64,000 nt of DNA, taken from NCBI GenBank assembly GCA_012295275.1, contig CM022665.1:26226001-26290000 (forward strand), in the 5' to 3' direction. Of the stretch, positions 12,553 through 26,738 are shown piece by piece. The position numbers and the translations under genes were made by a program. The notes under the pieces are model-generated. The model saw only the letters and a program-made list of their open reading frames with translations, ran no database searches and was not told the origin of the DNA. This DNA is from Chrysomallon squamiferum (taxonomy: Eukaryota; Animalia; Mollusca). Each line of letters starts with the position of its first letter. The stretch's first letter is position 1.

Positions 12553-13316
12553 TGCAGTCTAGAAAAAAGAAAAGCAAAGAGCTGATTCTTTGTCTTCTTT
12601 TTTAATATTTAATATTTGCTTTTTTTATGGGTAAGATTTAAATTACTTTAATTTTTTTTCTCCTGTTATTGTTATTATTATTTTCATTTTCATTTAGACA
12701 ATATCAGGTTTAGGATTACTGTTAAAGACAGTGTTAGTTTTGCATTTCAGCAAACACGGATCTTTGCAGAAAATAATGAAGAAGTGTTTGTATTTGTTGT
12801 TTTTTATTTGTTTAAAATAACAACAGCAAATAATAATAATAAATAAATAAATAAACAAAAAATAGATTTCACTGACAGAAAGGAAGCAATGACATGCTAA
12901 ATGTTGCGGCAAAAACTGTTATGGCATTACACAGCAGTTGCAATTAATTATCTCTTATACGCGTACACGCAGATATACGATGATACACGTTTACACATGT
13001 CATGGGCACAGACACTTTCACCTACGAACAGTCACATTTTGGATTTCTTTGGTATAAACAAAAATGTATTACTTTGTACCACATTAGGAAGGAAGATGTA
13101 ATTTTTTGGTATGCATTTTAGAACGAGTGAAACTGGATGTTGTTTTGAGAAGAAGAAAAAATATATATTAATAAATGCCTGTGTCATTTACTTATCACCA
13201 TACTTTAACAAATTTACGAAACTGTCATTGATATTAGAATGTGGTATAATAAACAAAAGTTATTTGCTAAAAACAAAAACAAGAAATAAGTTACCAAAAC
13301 AAAGCATTTAACATAC

Positions 13317-13450
13317 CTTTTCAAACGTGACAACAATAATAATAAATGCAATTTAACCTTCAGCGGCTACGCTAAAAGAAATCCTCGGTTGGGAAACTAC
13401 CATCGAAATCTATTTTTAACGTCATTCGGAATATATCGAAAATCCGGAAA
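13317..13450 (-). other. Putative non-coding first (5' UTR) exon of the sulfurtransferase gene; 5' end approximate
   Basis: The ATG exon is preceded by a clear acceptor only 6 nt upstream, which requires an upstream exon. A good donor AAAG|gtatgt lies at 13317/13316 inside the CpG-retaining zone. Confidence 0.55.
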
Positions 13451-14800
13451 AGAACGAAGAGTTCCGAATTTAAACAAAAAAATGTTTCTTTGCACGAAAA
13501 CTGATCTTTAATTAAATAACTGTTAAATTCTGTATGTTCAGTAAAGTTTTAATCTGTAATCCTCATGTAATAAAAACAGAAGCAAATATTAAAAGAAATA
13601 AACACCGACTTATTTTCTGAAAGACAATGTTCCAGTCTAGCACTGTAATCACGAACGTTCGACAAATTATACTAACAGCTGCAATTAAGAGAAGTTAAAG
13701 TATGGTTTAAGTTTCAAATATGTCTTAATTCATTGAATGCAATCTACAGCGGGGGCAATGATTGTAAATTATATTCAGCAATGCTTATAATATATCATTA
13801 TAACCTGCAGACGGGCAGATCCATGACTAAGAATACGGCATGTTATCAACACTTGTTTTACTATGAAATCTCTGAGATTTATTATCTGCGTTAAAATAAA
13901 GTTTGCTGTGTACGCAAACTCAGTAACTAGTTTTTACACACGCGTATTATTAAAATTGACATATTAGATACAGAATGGTGCAAATAAATCATTTGTTCTT
14001 GTTAATTAGTAACAGCATTTGTCATCTATGATAATGAAATGAAATATCATTAATAATTTATTTGTATAATGTTGACAAATATTTTAAAGAAAACATCCTC
14101 AAATATTAGTAACTTTATGTATTTATCATATAATTATTTTCTCCCCATTTTAAAACACGATTTACTATTTATTATTATTATTATTTTATGAACATAATAA
14201 AATAAAACAAAAAATAAAATATAAATAAATAAATAAATAAATAAATAATAATTTTAAATGCATTTTTATTTTGTTTTAAATTAAATCTGATTTATATAGT
14301 TTACTACATAATTTTCAATTAACACGGAACATTTCGAACGCATGCTATAAATTTTGTTTTCGTTTTGGGAGTATTCTTGTATAAGCATGCAATTTGATAC
14401 TGTGTTTTGCATAATTTTTGCTTTGGCTATTTTTGTTTGACCTACATGTCGACACTTTGGAGATGATTTCGGCGTTTTACAACCATAGCCATCATCACCA
14501 GTTAGTTCCATAAATGATAATAACAAACTTGGACATTGATGTACTCGTAAGGATATTCAAGTTTCACTGCTATAAGGTTTCCTGCTTCCGGCAGATTTCG
14601 TATCTACTTAATTTGATATTAACTAAAAAGAGTTCGAAACTGCAATCATCCCCCAAATGTGTACTGTTATATACCAGTGTTCAGATGATTAAATCAGAAA
14701 AAAACTAATAATAATAATAATTAATTAAAAATAAATAAATAAATAATAATAATAACTGCTGTCCATTCAATTCTTAATTATGAATTAATTCAAGGATTTT

Positions 14801-14836
<36 letters not shown>

Positions 14837-14838
14837 TG

Positions 14839-14868
14839 TGACGTCATGTATCTGGTTTTATGGCGTCA
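14839..14868. promoter_or_regulatory. CRE palindrome TGACGTCA (14839-14846) plus variant TGGCGTCA (14861-14868)
   Basis: Exact palindromic CRE consensus and a one-mismatch copy 22 bp away, in the CpG-retaining zone; function unproven. Confidence 0.3.
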
Positions 14869-16338
14869 TGCATAAAATAGAGATTTTTGGTTCTTCATCG
14901 AAGAATTATTTTGCTTCAGTAAATTGCAAAGGATAAGATATTAAAAAAATAAATAAATAAATAAGGAATTAAAATTAATTAATTAAACTGACAAGTGTGA
15001 AAACTGTTGTACTTGACATAATACTTCGCTTATTAGGGACTTAGCCAGTTTCTAAAGTTGGGGGAGCAAAAACATAAAACAGGCGCCATGAAACGTACCA
15101 AATATTTTAGAAATTGATTACACATTCTTAATTTGTATTTAACATCAAATCACAATTTTAAATAAAAAGAAGTTTTACAGTAAGCTCGTAAATTTCAGAA
15201 GAAAATAAAAACGTGTGTTATTTAATTACTTTAATTTTAAACGTGAAATGAAAACGAAGAATTATGAAAAATGTATAAATCAAGAAGTTGTTGAACAACA
15301 ACGGTCTCTTTCGACTAGGCTTGACTCCAGCAATATCTGTCACTTTATTGTAATCCACATTGTTAAGTGTTTCTCTTTCAGTGGAGAGCAGATACAATCT
15401 AGCCCATCAATGAACAGCTTTTAAAACAATGCGAGATTGGTCGAATAAAGAACGAGTCCAGAAATGTTGACAATTTTTATTTGACCTTGCGAAAGACAAT
15501 AATAATAATAACAACAACAACAATAATAACAGGTGACAAGTGAACAACAATGTATAAAAATTGTTGAAAAGGCGCCACTACTGAAAAACTTTCAGGGGGG
15601 AGCGTGCGCCAAAAAAGTTAAATTAAAAAATGACATCAGTTTTAATAAATGAAAATGAAGATTTTTTAACTAATAATAAAAAATAAAGATTACTCTCGAA
15701 TAATTATAAAACCTAATTCAAACTGTGTCCGTTGGAGAAAGTATATGTATATCCAATCCACACCATCTACAGGTTCGAATAATGGGGAGGTTTCTCAGAA
15801 ACATGGAACCCCCTCCCACGCGGAGGTAATAAAACAATAAAATAAAATGATGTCCACATGTGCGTACCCTCTCTTCCCCTCATTTATGCAAAACGACTTG
15901 GAAAAAAACCTGCCTACTTACCCCAAACAACCAGTGTTAATGAAAACATGAGTTGTTTCCTTTCCTTATGCAGCTTCCCTTGATATTTTGAGCGCAAACG
16001 TTGAGCAAGATGCCGAAACGGCATACTTTGGAGATGCTAGGTGTCAAAGGATCACAGCACTTTTAAAGTTTCTTTTCCATTTTCAGCCAGTAAAACTAAG
16101 TATGTACCGTTTGCTCAGATTTATTTATCATTTTTCATTATCAGCTATAGTCTGTCCTACTAGCCCCTGGTCTCTCACTCACACGTATACTGTAAAAAAA
16201 ATAATTTAAAATTATAAACATTTACATATTATTTCGGAACCCCCGCATACTTAAAATATACTCCTTCCCTGATTTTACTGTAGGACTGAAAATATACTAA
16301 AATCAAAAAATATAATTATTCAAATTACGTGAAAATCT

Positions 16339-16340
<2 letters not shown>

Positions 16341-16414
<74 letters not shown>
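16341..16414. repeat. Compound (AAT)n(ATT)n(GTT)n microsatellite
   Basis: Seen directly. Confidence 0.95.
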
Positions 16415-16416
<2 letters not shown>

Positions 16417-19288
16417 TTGAAAATATATCATTAATAACATGGCACACTTTTATCTGTATGGTTCTTTTTACCTGAATTTTATTAAATATAAATATTCTAT
16501 CAGCATTAAATTTTTTCTTTAATTATATATGTAACTTTTTTCTTTCGTTCTTTTTTTTTTTTTTTTTTTTTTTTTGTTTTAGCGAGGTAAACTGCTATTA
16601 TTTTTTTAGAATATAACTGTTAGTCATAATTAGCGTGACGTGCCATATGAGAACGCCGGAATAAAAAGAGTTATTCCCCTTACACCAGAAAACGTTGTTA
16701 CCGGGGTGAAAAGAACTGATTTTTTTTGTATTTCTGTATGATGCACAATTATATCTTTGAAACGTCTATAATAATAAAGACAGTAATATTAACATTAACA
16801 AGAAAATATTATATTCAGATTTTCATTATTAGTTTCGCATTTCTTATTATTCAGTGTCTTTTTTTAATGTTTCAACAAATGCACTATGTAATTTTATTTA
16901 TTTATTTATTTATTTATTTACTAAATTTGAAAATGTTCGGTACCACTCCATAATCTGTCTATCAGTATTTTCAATATATCACGGTTCAAGCCATTTTAAA
17001 AACAGCTTCTTACCACACAGTAATTAAAACACTCCTTGTTACTTAATTCTTACGCAAAACGTATTTTGTACCTGTAATGAGGTTGTACTCGGTACACTGT
17101 GATTCTTACAGAGCACAATCACTCATTTAAATCAATTTTCACATTACATTTAACTATGTTAGAAAAAAATCATTGTTACAGTGTTACGTAAACTCGGTGA
17201 TGTAATGCTAAGGTTAGTGAGTTCAACACATTAAGTTTCTCAGTGCTTGGAGACCGTTTTAATGAAACTGTTTAAAAGAAATCATTTACATGTCAAAAAC
17301 TGATTATCTTCGACCCCTTGCGAACTGGTCACTGGAAATCTGTTTGATATATCTGCATATGTTAGAATTTTGTTCTTGTTTTTTTTTCGTAATCATTTGA
17401 ATATCACTGTTACTACAATGAAACAATATTATTGTAGATATTTTTAAAGACTGTTGTTGTTGCTGCTGATGATGTTGTAGTTATAGATTTTTTAAATTAA
17501 TGTTTTTAATTTTTATTATCATCATCGTTATTATTATTATTTAAATTATTTTTTCTAATTATTGTTTTAAATTATTAATTATTTCTATTCTATTTTATTA
17601 TTATTACCTGTTTAGAATAATAATGTTGTTCTTATTATTGTAGTTCTTATTTAATTATAAATTAATTTTTAATTCTTCTTCTTTTTTTCTTTTTTTTTTT
17701 CTTTTTTTAAAGTTATAATATTATATTGTCAGAAAGGAAATTATTTTATTTTCATTTAATTCATTTAATCCATCAAAAGCTAGGTGTGTGCATACTGTCT
17801 TCAATGTCGTATCACATAAACTGAACTCTTCTATTAATAAAAACAGAAAAACAGATTCTTTCTTTATCCTCTGATAAATCCTTACAGTGTGGAACAGAAT
17901 GTTGTCTCCACGACTTAGCTGACTCGACTTGAAAAAAAATTTAACCGGAAATTGTTTCATCTTGGGGTTTGTCTTCTCATGATTTTTTTTAAACTTTTTT
18001 TTTCCTTAAATACATTTTTTTTATTTTTTATTTTTTTATTTTTTAATCACAATATTTAGGATTTCCAGTTCTGTAGATGATGTTAAAGAGTGCTGTCAGT
18101 AATTCTTTGGAACATTCCAGCCATGGTGTGCATGTAGATTCATCCTGTAATCAATAGATGGTCGGATATAAAGAAATATTGCTATTGTTATGAAATGAAT
18201 GTGACTTCACATGTACAGATGTTGGGTCAGGGGCTATTACACTGATTACCCTTGTGTAATTGTTCCTGTCTTGTATGCTTTTTTGCAGAAAAAACCTTGA
18301 AGATGCCATCATACAATTGTGGAGCAAACAACAAGAAAATACAAACATATTTTTCAAATTAACCCCTCAAAACAAAGCCAAAAAATATTAATGTTATTTA
18401 TTTCCTTCATTAAATACTACAAACGGATCAGTTAATTTTCAGCTAAATTTAAAATCAGCATTGTAAAAGAAAGTACTAATTGTTTGAAACAATAATGAAG
18501 AGATAAATAAAATGAGAAAATATTTTTGATTTTTTAAGTGGGTGCTGGAGCAAAATGTTACTTTTTATCACACACACACACAGCTGTTTGATGCACATAG
18601 AAAACACCAGTTGTTATTATATTTCAGTGTTTTAAATTAAAGGCTTTGCATTTATTGTTTTAAATTTGTTAGAGAAACATAAATGTTTACTTTTTAATTG
18701 ATTATGCACAGGAATTAGCCTTTAATAATAATAATATTAGGAACAACAACAATAATAATAGTAATAATAATTAAATAAAATGTTGAAAAAACTGTGTCCG
18801 TGAAATATGGCTTCATTTGACATACTGAATATGATCAGTAGTGATAAATTAGAAATTAATATATTTTTATTGACAGAGCAATATGTCTTTATATTGGAAA
18901 TTACATCACTGGTAGCAGATTATATCCAAGGTTAAATTTTGTTGTGTCATATTATGTGGCTTTAACACAGAAGACAGTCAAAATGTCATCCTACATTACC
19001 AGTTTTTCAGATGGAATAAAACAACAACAAACTGTATTTGATCTTCAGCAAATATTTTATGATACAGTCTATACTGATTTGTTAATTTACAGTTTAAAAA
19101 AATTATTTTTCATGACATTAGTATGATGATTTTTTAATTATTATTATTATTATTTTTTTTTCTGGATTTATATGCACTAGTTATTAGCATTATGTCATTT
19201 TCATGAAAAGTTCAAAGAGGACAAAGTAATTTGTTTATATTCAGATATGACAAAATAGTAATTTTAAATCGACTGCTAATTTTTTAGC

Positions 19289-19580
19289 AGGCAAGACATA
19301 GTTCAGGGATTTGGTGCTTGACTAATCGTGTTTAGTTTGGAACGCATCCCAGTCATTGTGTGAGATAGCTTTTTACTTACTTATTCTAGCCAGTGCTCAT
19401 CAGTTCTCTTAATAAAAAACAATAAGTATAAAATTTTGTTTGTTGGATATTACTTATAAAAGTTCTCATGTTGCTAATCATTGAAGAACAGCCCATCAGC
19501 AGTGTGTTCCTCCTTTGTTAAAGATGTAATTATCTGAATACAAAGCCATATTAGTATTGTTAAAAATCATACATTCCTTT
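19289..19580 (+). mobile_element. Decayed near-full-length tRNA-derived SINE
   Basis: TAGTTCAGGG..GTGCTTGACT (A-box-like), GGAACGCATCCC (B-box-like), core TTCTAGCCAGTGCTC, ATAAAAG..TTGCTAATC..AGCCCAT, tail ending ACATTCCTT. Confidence 0.65.
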
Positions 19581-22500
19581 GCCTGTTATTAAAATAAAAA
19601 TGAGACAGTAAAGTCTTCTTTTTTTTCTAAATTAAGATTTTTAATCTAAAGTCTTTTTTTAATTTAATTTTTTTCTTAATTAAGATTTTCAGTCTAAGTA
19701 CTGAAATAAAATAACTGAAAGTGTTAATGAAAAATCATTTGCATGCAGCGTTCAGTGATCTTTGGTAATTACTGGTCAGGATTATATTACATGTACTGTT
19801 AATCACCTAAACTGCTTTAACAAGCTAAAACTTTCTAAACATAAAACAGATCTTTTAATTTAATTTACATACATTTTGTCCAGTTCAATTAAAGAAGCTG
19901 TCCAATGTTTAGCAGCCACAACAACAATAAAGAAGAGATTCTCAGAGATGTTTTTTAAAAGATTATTATTCCTCAATTAATTTTTTGACAGTGATAGTGT
20001 TGGAACTTAATAATGTAATTAACTGAAACTAGATACAAAAAACAGATGCCATTTCAGTGATGTTTTATTAATTACAGGGAAGAAAAAAAAGAAAAAGGAT
20101 AAAAAATATATATATAATTGATTGATTACCGATAGTGGTTCCAAACATTTACAAGTTTACTAGAGTATAGCAGTACATTTTCTACTCGATGATGCTTGCC
20201 CAGGATATGGAATTGACATTTATGAATAAAGCTATTATTTACTTGACAGTTATGAAACAGTCTCAAGAAATTTTATATGATAATTATCATCATTTCGAAT
20301 AGATTCTTTGGAAAAAAACATAAAACCTGAAACAAAATTATGTTAGCAATTTCAGTTGTTTTGTATCAGATTAAAACAATATATTTATTTTTAAAATTAT
20401 TTTTCTTTTTCAGCAGTCAAATATGATTAATTAGAAAAATCAAAAAAAAAAAAAACAACAACAAAAAAAACAAACCAAACCAAAAAACAACAAACAAGAA
20501 AACATACTTTTAAAAAAAAAAGCTATTTTGGAAACTACCAAAATTATGTTTAGAAATGACAGAATGAATGGAATGATGTCAAAGAAATAATATGTTTTTA
20601 ATGTTGAAGATATAAGACAATTACCTCGGTGTTAAAAATGACATTTTGACATTAAGCAGTGACTGGTAATCAAGAAACATGCACTTGGCAAGGGTCTCAC
20701 ACTTCCCTGTCTTGATGGAGCATCATCTACATCCTTCTAACACTGACCAGATGGCCACTGATTTCACCAGATCTCCCAAAATATTTCTCAAACATTTAGT
20801 CTTCTTTGAAGTAGAGCTTATGTTGTTTAGAAACATTTATTGCAAGAAGGGTTACATTTGCAAACAATTCTTTACTTTTTTCTTTTTTTAATTTGCGTAT
20901 AAACATTTTAATTATATTTTATGGTTGGTTTTTATCTGATAACAAAATATCTGTCATACTTCTAATCTTCATGGTGCCGTGCTAATTTCATAAATGTCTT
21001 GCAGTGAAAGGTAAAACCATCAAATAAAATGGTGTATAAACAGTTGATAAAGTTTAAATTTTTTATTTTATTTTTTTTGAAAGTGTGACAGAAAGATTAC
21101 AAAATGCTCAAAACAGTCTAACAATGTTATTTAATTACAATATTTATCATTTTTTCAAAACTGATCATTCCAGAAACCATTTTAATTTTCATTTCAATAC
21201 ACCAACTTTATATTTATGTACAAACTAAAAACAATAGACTATTCTAGATATTTGAGAAATGTTGTCTTTATTCGTTTTCCTTCGGTTTATTATTTTCTTT
21301 CATCTTTTTTTGTTATTCCCATATCTTAACCTTTTGATAAAACAGTTTTTGGTATTGCCTGGTACAATTATGGTTTATATAATATTTTCCAGATTTGACA
21401 AGCTGATCAATTAACATGGCAGACACTTCATCTTGATTTCCCATGATGATCTTGTATGCCTCTAGTTCCACACTACACTGAGTCTTTGATAGGATCTGTT
21501 AAAACATTAAATTTTGGTTACAAAAATGTATCAAAAATAATAGCCTTATCTAAACTGTTTCTGTATTTTCTCTGGAGCAATAAAAATAAAACATTAATAT
21601 ATCTTTTAATAATTACTTTAAGCATTAATATTCTTGTTTTTATTGTTATTCCATACATTTTGTTTTTGTTCATGTCTGTTATGTGGAAATATATCTCTGT
21701 ATAAGAAATCAAATGTAAAATGTTGGACAAAAATCTAAAGTGAAGATCTTTTAAGGACATATTACAGCTATTGTTATAAACAGATTACTACCACTATTAC
21801 TGCTATTTTACTACTACTTCTACTACAGATTATGATAATGATAACTATAATATAGTATGTAACTACAATGACAGTAAATTACCAAAATTAACTACATTTT
21901 TAAAAAATATAAATGTACAAAAATCTACCAACGTTATTTAATATTTTTAAAGTTCATTTAATATAAATAAGTACTGAACACTGTCTTTTTATCATTTCAT
22001 TAGCATTTGTCAGAATAGTTAACTAACATTAACCCTTTGAAACCTTATGAAATATAAAATGTTCTACTGTTTTAGAAGTTAAGACAAAACAGTTAAACAG
22101 ATTTTTAGCAGATATCTGTTAAATATGTTTTATTTTATATACATGCAAACTTTCATGTTTTGAATTTTGAAAAGTTTAATTTCTGTTCTATAATAAAGAA
22201 CCCTATTAAGAATATTAGATATAAGAAAACAAAAATAATCTGCATTATATTACAGAAATAATGTTGATTCCTGAGAAGTTTTTACATTATATTTTCAAAA
22301 CAACAAAAAAAAAAAAAAAAAAAAAAAAAAGAAAAAAAAGAACAAAAAACCCCAAATAACAGAAATGGAATGGAATTAATGACCACAATTCATTTCTCTT
22401 ATCATGTAGATGTAAACTGTACCAGTACATTTCTCCTGTTTTGTTTTCTCTCTGGCCATCAGGAGCCACCAGTGCATGACTACCCATTAGTTTGGATTAT

Positions 22501-22712
22501 GTGGATGCTGATTCCAGACTATTAAGGTGATAATTAATTGCTCATCATGAGGATGGTTTGAATGTGAGATTCTCAGGAAATTAAATTGTCTGCAGCATAA
22601 TACAAAAGTAAATCTAGAAATGGTCCACATTTCAGTGCAATCTGACAAAATGTGATCTACATTTTTTATTTCAAATGTGTTCCTAAATCATTTTATTAAT
22701 TTATTTATTTAT

Positions 22713-22714
<2 letters not shown>

Positions 22715-22766
<52 letters not shown>
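22715..22766. repeat. Poly(T) tract (~52 nt)
   Basis: Seen directly. Confidence 0.95.
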
Positions 22767-25649
22767 CTGTTGCTGTTTTAAATTTAAAGCTGTCAGTTGT
22801 TTTTCTTTTTCACTTTAAACATGTCATGCACTATCTTATGTGTAAACTGATTTGATCCCTTAATGGAAAAAAAAAAAAAAAAAAAAATGTAAAAAGCAAA
22901 AAATAATAAATAATTAAAAAGAAGAAAAAAAATTAGAAGGAAGCAAAGGAAATGAAATTCATAAAAAAATAATAATAATAATAAAAAATAATAATAATAA
23001 TAAATAAATAAATAAATAAAACAATGTTAACAATGTTTTAAAGAAAGTATCATTAATAAAAAGCATATTATCCAACACAAGGAAATAAAGAAACCAAATT
23101 AAAATAGTTGAAATGGGATTTAAAAAAAAAAAAAGAAGAGGAAAATGTATCTGTGATTTCCTTTCTACAGCGTCTTTTAAATGATGCATACAGCAATTGC
23201 ACATACAGAAGTAAAATGTATTTTCCAGTGTAGCATTCTGCATTTTACATGTAGTGTTCTTAATGGCTGCCTGCAAGAGTTTGATCTATGTCCTGGGAAT
23301 TCCAAATGTCTCTTCAAGATGACTCCCAAACCTCTTAGCTACAAACAAAACTTTGTTTTGACATTTTGAATTACTGACAAGTGCAGCTATGAAAACATCA
23401 AGTAGGTAAACTGGAGAATTAAAGACAAATGTTTGTTATGAATGTATACTGAAACCATGACAAAGACATCAAAACTATAAGTAATATAATTTCACAACTA
23501 TTCTTATTTATTAAGACAGAAAATTTATTTTCTGATAAACAGCTGATTATTTTATTTAAATACACAATAATTTAAATATTAAAATGGTTTGTATTTAGAT
23601 ATGTGTAATTTAATTGTCATTTATCAAAATAAAATCTATAGGATGAGAACTTAACTGGCAAATAGTGGCTATAGGTACATGAGCAGACAAACAACAAATT
23701 TTTAATTTAAAAATAACAAAAATAGCAGTAAGACTTGACTTGCAAAAACAAATAGATAAACATTCTTCACAGATTTTACAATGCTTTAATCAGTCTACCA
23801 GAATTTGTTTTTAATTTTTATTTATTTCTTTTCTCTTTTTTTTTATAACATTCTGCAGAAACAAGATGATATCACAAAGCATGTATGCTTATGAGCTTAT
23901 TGGTTTATTGTGAAAACACTGGTCACCTCAAATGAAGAAGAGTTAATTGGAAATATTAAAAACGTATTTAGACCAAATGAATATATCCCTAAAGATACCC
24001 TTAAAGTGGCATAATTTTTTGCTTTGAAATGAATGTTTACTTTTATTCATAGAGTATTTCTCTTCTCAGAATGTGTACATTCTTTGATCAGATTCATATC
24101 AAATCTTTACCAGCTGTTTGACTGACACATCCAGTGCGTGATAGTTTCTATCCAACGATGAAGAACAAAATGCATGTTATGGATAACAGCATCAGCATTT
24201 AGAGAACATAAATTGTTATTGCTTAACTGCTGAGCTTCGCAACACAAATCAGACAGAAAATTAATTCTTATCAGTGTTATGAAAACTTTTCCCCACCAGA
24301 CAAGATTAGACACTAAATTCACAGGATGATAATATTACATACAAAAAGAATTGAGAAAAATGAGAAATGATAAAAGAGGTTTTTTTTTTTTTTTTTTTTT
24401 TTTTAAACTATGGTAAGAAAAAAAACCCAAACATAATCATTAAAATATAACCTGATTTTCAAATATCAGTAACGAAGAATTTTTAATGTTAATGGTTATC
24501 ATTTATTTTTATTATTACTTACTGGCATGAAAACTTGCCATCCTAACAATTTCTGTAGTAAATTAACAGTCAAGAATGTACAAGCATTTTTCAGCCAGCA
24601 GGAAAACCTATACCATGGCCTTTTTAAACTATCTTTTTTATATCAAAGAATTTTCATCAAAATTATGTCTAACTGTGGGTTACTTTCATGTAATAGTTAT
24701 CAGACAAACCATGTTTTGTTTTACATGCAGAATATTTTCATAGCATTTCAAAATTTCTTATCATACCGTTGAATTGGTTTTCTGAGTTGGCAGCAAATGG
24801 ATGCAAATAAAACCAGCTACAGCCATCAAACATTTTAGATACATATTGTTAGTATCAGGGGTAAAATGTTTAGAAACATATCTGAAAATGATACACTCAT
24901 TTAAACAACAACAACAACACAAGAAAAAAGAAAGCAATTTCTTCCCGCTGCATTTTAAAAAATAACAGAAATAATATATGTATAAGGATCAAAACTAATA
25001 ATACCTGATTAACTTGATAACACATTTCTGTTTGGTCAAACTCAGTTCACTCTGCATTATGAATCACAAAGTCCAAAATACCTTGACTATGGCAGACATA
25101 ATATTATAAATACACGGTTATATTTTATTTATTTTATTATTTTTTTTTTTTATTACAATACCACCATGAAGAGATAATTTTTATGGCTAAGTAAAGCATG
25201 TAAAATCAAATTATTAAAAAATAATAATAATAAAAGAAAATAAAGTTATTAAAGAATGACCATGTTGACAATAAAGCATTTTATATTCAGAAGAAATTTG
25301 TTTAATTATATTTTAAGTTCTGTTCTTCATTTCTGAAGCACTGGATTTCAACTTGTTTTAATATGACTCAGTCAATGAACTGAGTTAGTATACTTGAATT
25401 AGTCTCAGTCTGTAAGAATACAAATTCAAGAAGACATCTTTATCTGTAGTAAGAGCAGTTAACCATTGTGTTAGAAATATCACAAATGAATAATTTAATT
25501 CCTGTCCTGACTGCATTAACCAGTGGACATACTTTTCACTTTGAAAGGGTCCTTTCTTCTGACCCAGACTATTGTTAAAACTAATTTTATTCTTTAGAAT
25601 TTATTTACAGACTTATAGTTTATAGAGCAACACACAAAATGTCCAGAAG

Positions 25650-25966
25650 ATCAGTTGTGTTGTAGTGACCACTGTTAGACATTGTGGTGACAGTATTGTA
25701 TTGATTTTTGTCAGGCCATATTTATTTCCTATTCCAGCTACTTCTTTGCTGTTAGATGATATCTATAGTTCTTCAGATGGTTTATCAAAGTCTATATGGT
25801 ATGTGCTTCCCGGTCTATAGGAAGGTACTTACAAATCATTCTTTCATGCTAAACAGTATGAATATTTGAAGAAAAAAAAACAAGAAAAAAAACCCCAAAA
25901 CAAGCAGCTCTTAACATTAGAATGTGATGATGTTTAGTTAAATAAATATTTGTTCTTTCATTCATT
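25650..25966 (+). mobile_element. Decayed SINE-related copy
   Basis: ATTCCAGCTA..TATCAAAG..TGGTATGTGCT..GTCTATAGGAAGGTACTTA..TGCTAA core and TTAAATAAATATT..TTCATTCATT tail. Confidence 0.5.
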
Positions 25967-26694
25967 ATCTAGCAAAAGGTTAAAAGGTATACAAAATGCT
26001 TGTCCCAGACTCTTAACAAAAATTAAAAAACAGCAACTCTTCTATAACACAGAACTGTAGTTTTAATAAAATGAACTCTATGATTTTTGTTGTGACTAAT
26101 TATACACTTTACTGAAATAGTCTGTCATCATGTACATGCATGGCTAATTTAACTAACAGTAATCACTACCCTCCCACATAAAAACTTCTCTGTTAATTAA
26201 TTTACACAAGATACAAGAAATAAACCAGTCATGCAGAAGTACTGAAGAATATGTAAACAGCAGATAAAGCAATTAGCTCACAGGTGATAACATATGAAAG
26301 TTAGCTCATTCCTAGATAACACAGTGTTGTTGACGCAGACTTTGTAGATGAGTTGATGTGAGAAACCCTGCTTATTTAATGTCATATTAGATTTATGAAT
26401 TGATAAACAATTACTGGAGATGTAACTAAAATGAAAGTTTGTCTAAACAAACTATAATTTATTAGCATTTCTCTTCTTTTTTTATTTTTTTTTTTTTTTA
26501 ATAATTATAACTGGAGGTTAAATTCCTTCCCAAGAATATTCATGCTGGAAATAAAGTAGACATTCTGGCAGAGTTTGTGAACATTCTGTCACTGAAATAT
26601 GTAAAAGCTTTTTTTTTAAAGACCTTTATTTGTATAAATATGATTATAACCTTTTTAATAAAAACAGTTGTATCAAAAGCTTATAACATTCTCA

Positions 26695-26697
<3 letters not shown>

Positions 26698-26735
<38 letters not shown>
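26698..26735. repeat. (GA)n microsatellite
   Basis: Seen directly. Confidence 0.96.

Positions 26736-26738
<3 letters not shown>

Larger units (their letters stand above)
12880..17400. promoter_or_regulatory. CpG-retaining (likely unmethylated) promoter/intergenic zone upstream of the sulfurtransferase gene
   Basis: CG dinucleotides are visibly frequent here (e.g. tacgcgtacacgc 12958, cagcggctacgc 13361, acacgcgta 13938, agcgtgcgcc 15601, agcgtgacgtg 16632) and scarce in most of the rest of the window. Judged by eye, not computed. Confidence 0.55.

Noticed and set aside
17335-17365. miR-190-like sequence (TGTTTGATATAT)
   Set aside because: Seed and flanks do not match and no hairpin partner arm is evident.
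20625-20680. Alternative minus-strand first exon (MFLDYQSLLNVKMSFLTPR, AG|gtaatt), phase-compatible with sulfurtransferase exon 2
   Set aside because: No homology, it lies in CpG-depleted DNA, and it would delete essential N-terminal rhodanese strands; phase compatibility is expected by chance.
22463-22526. Plus-strand exon after a polypyrimidine tract
   Set aside because: Stops in all three frames and a weak donor (gtgata).
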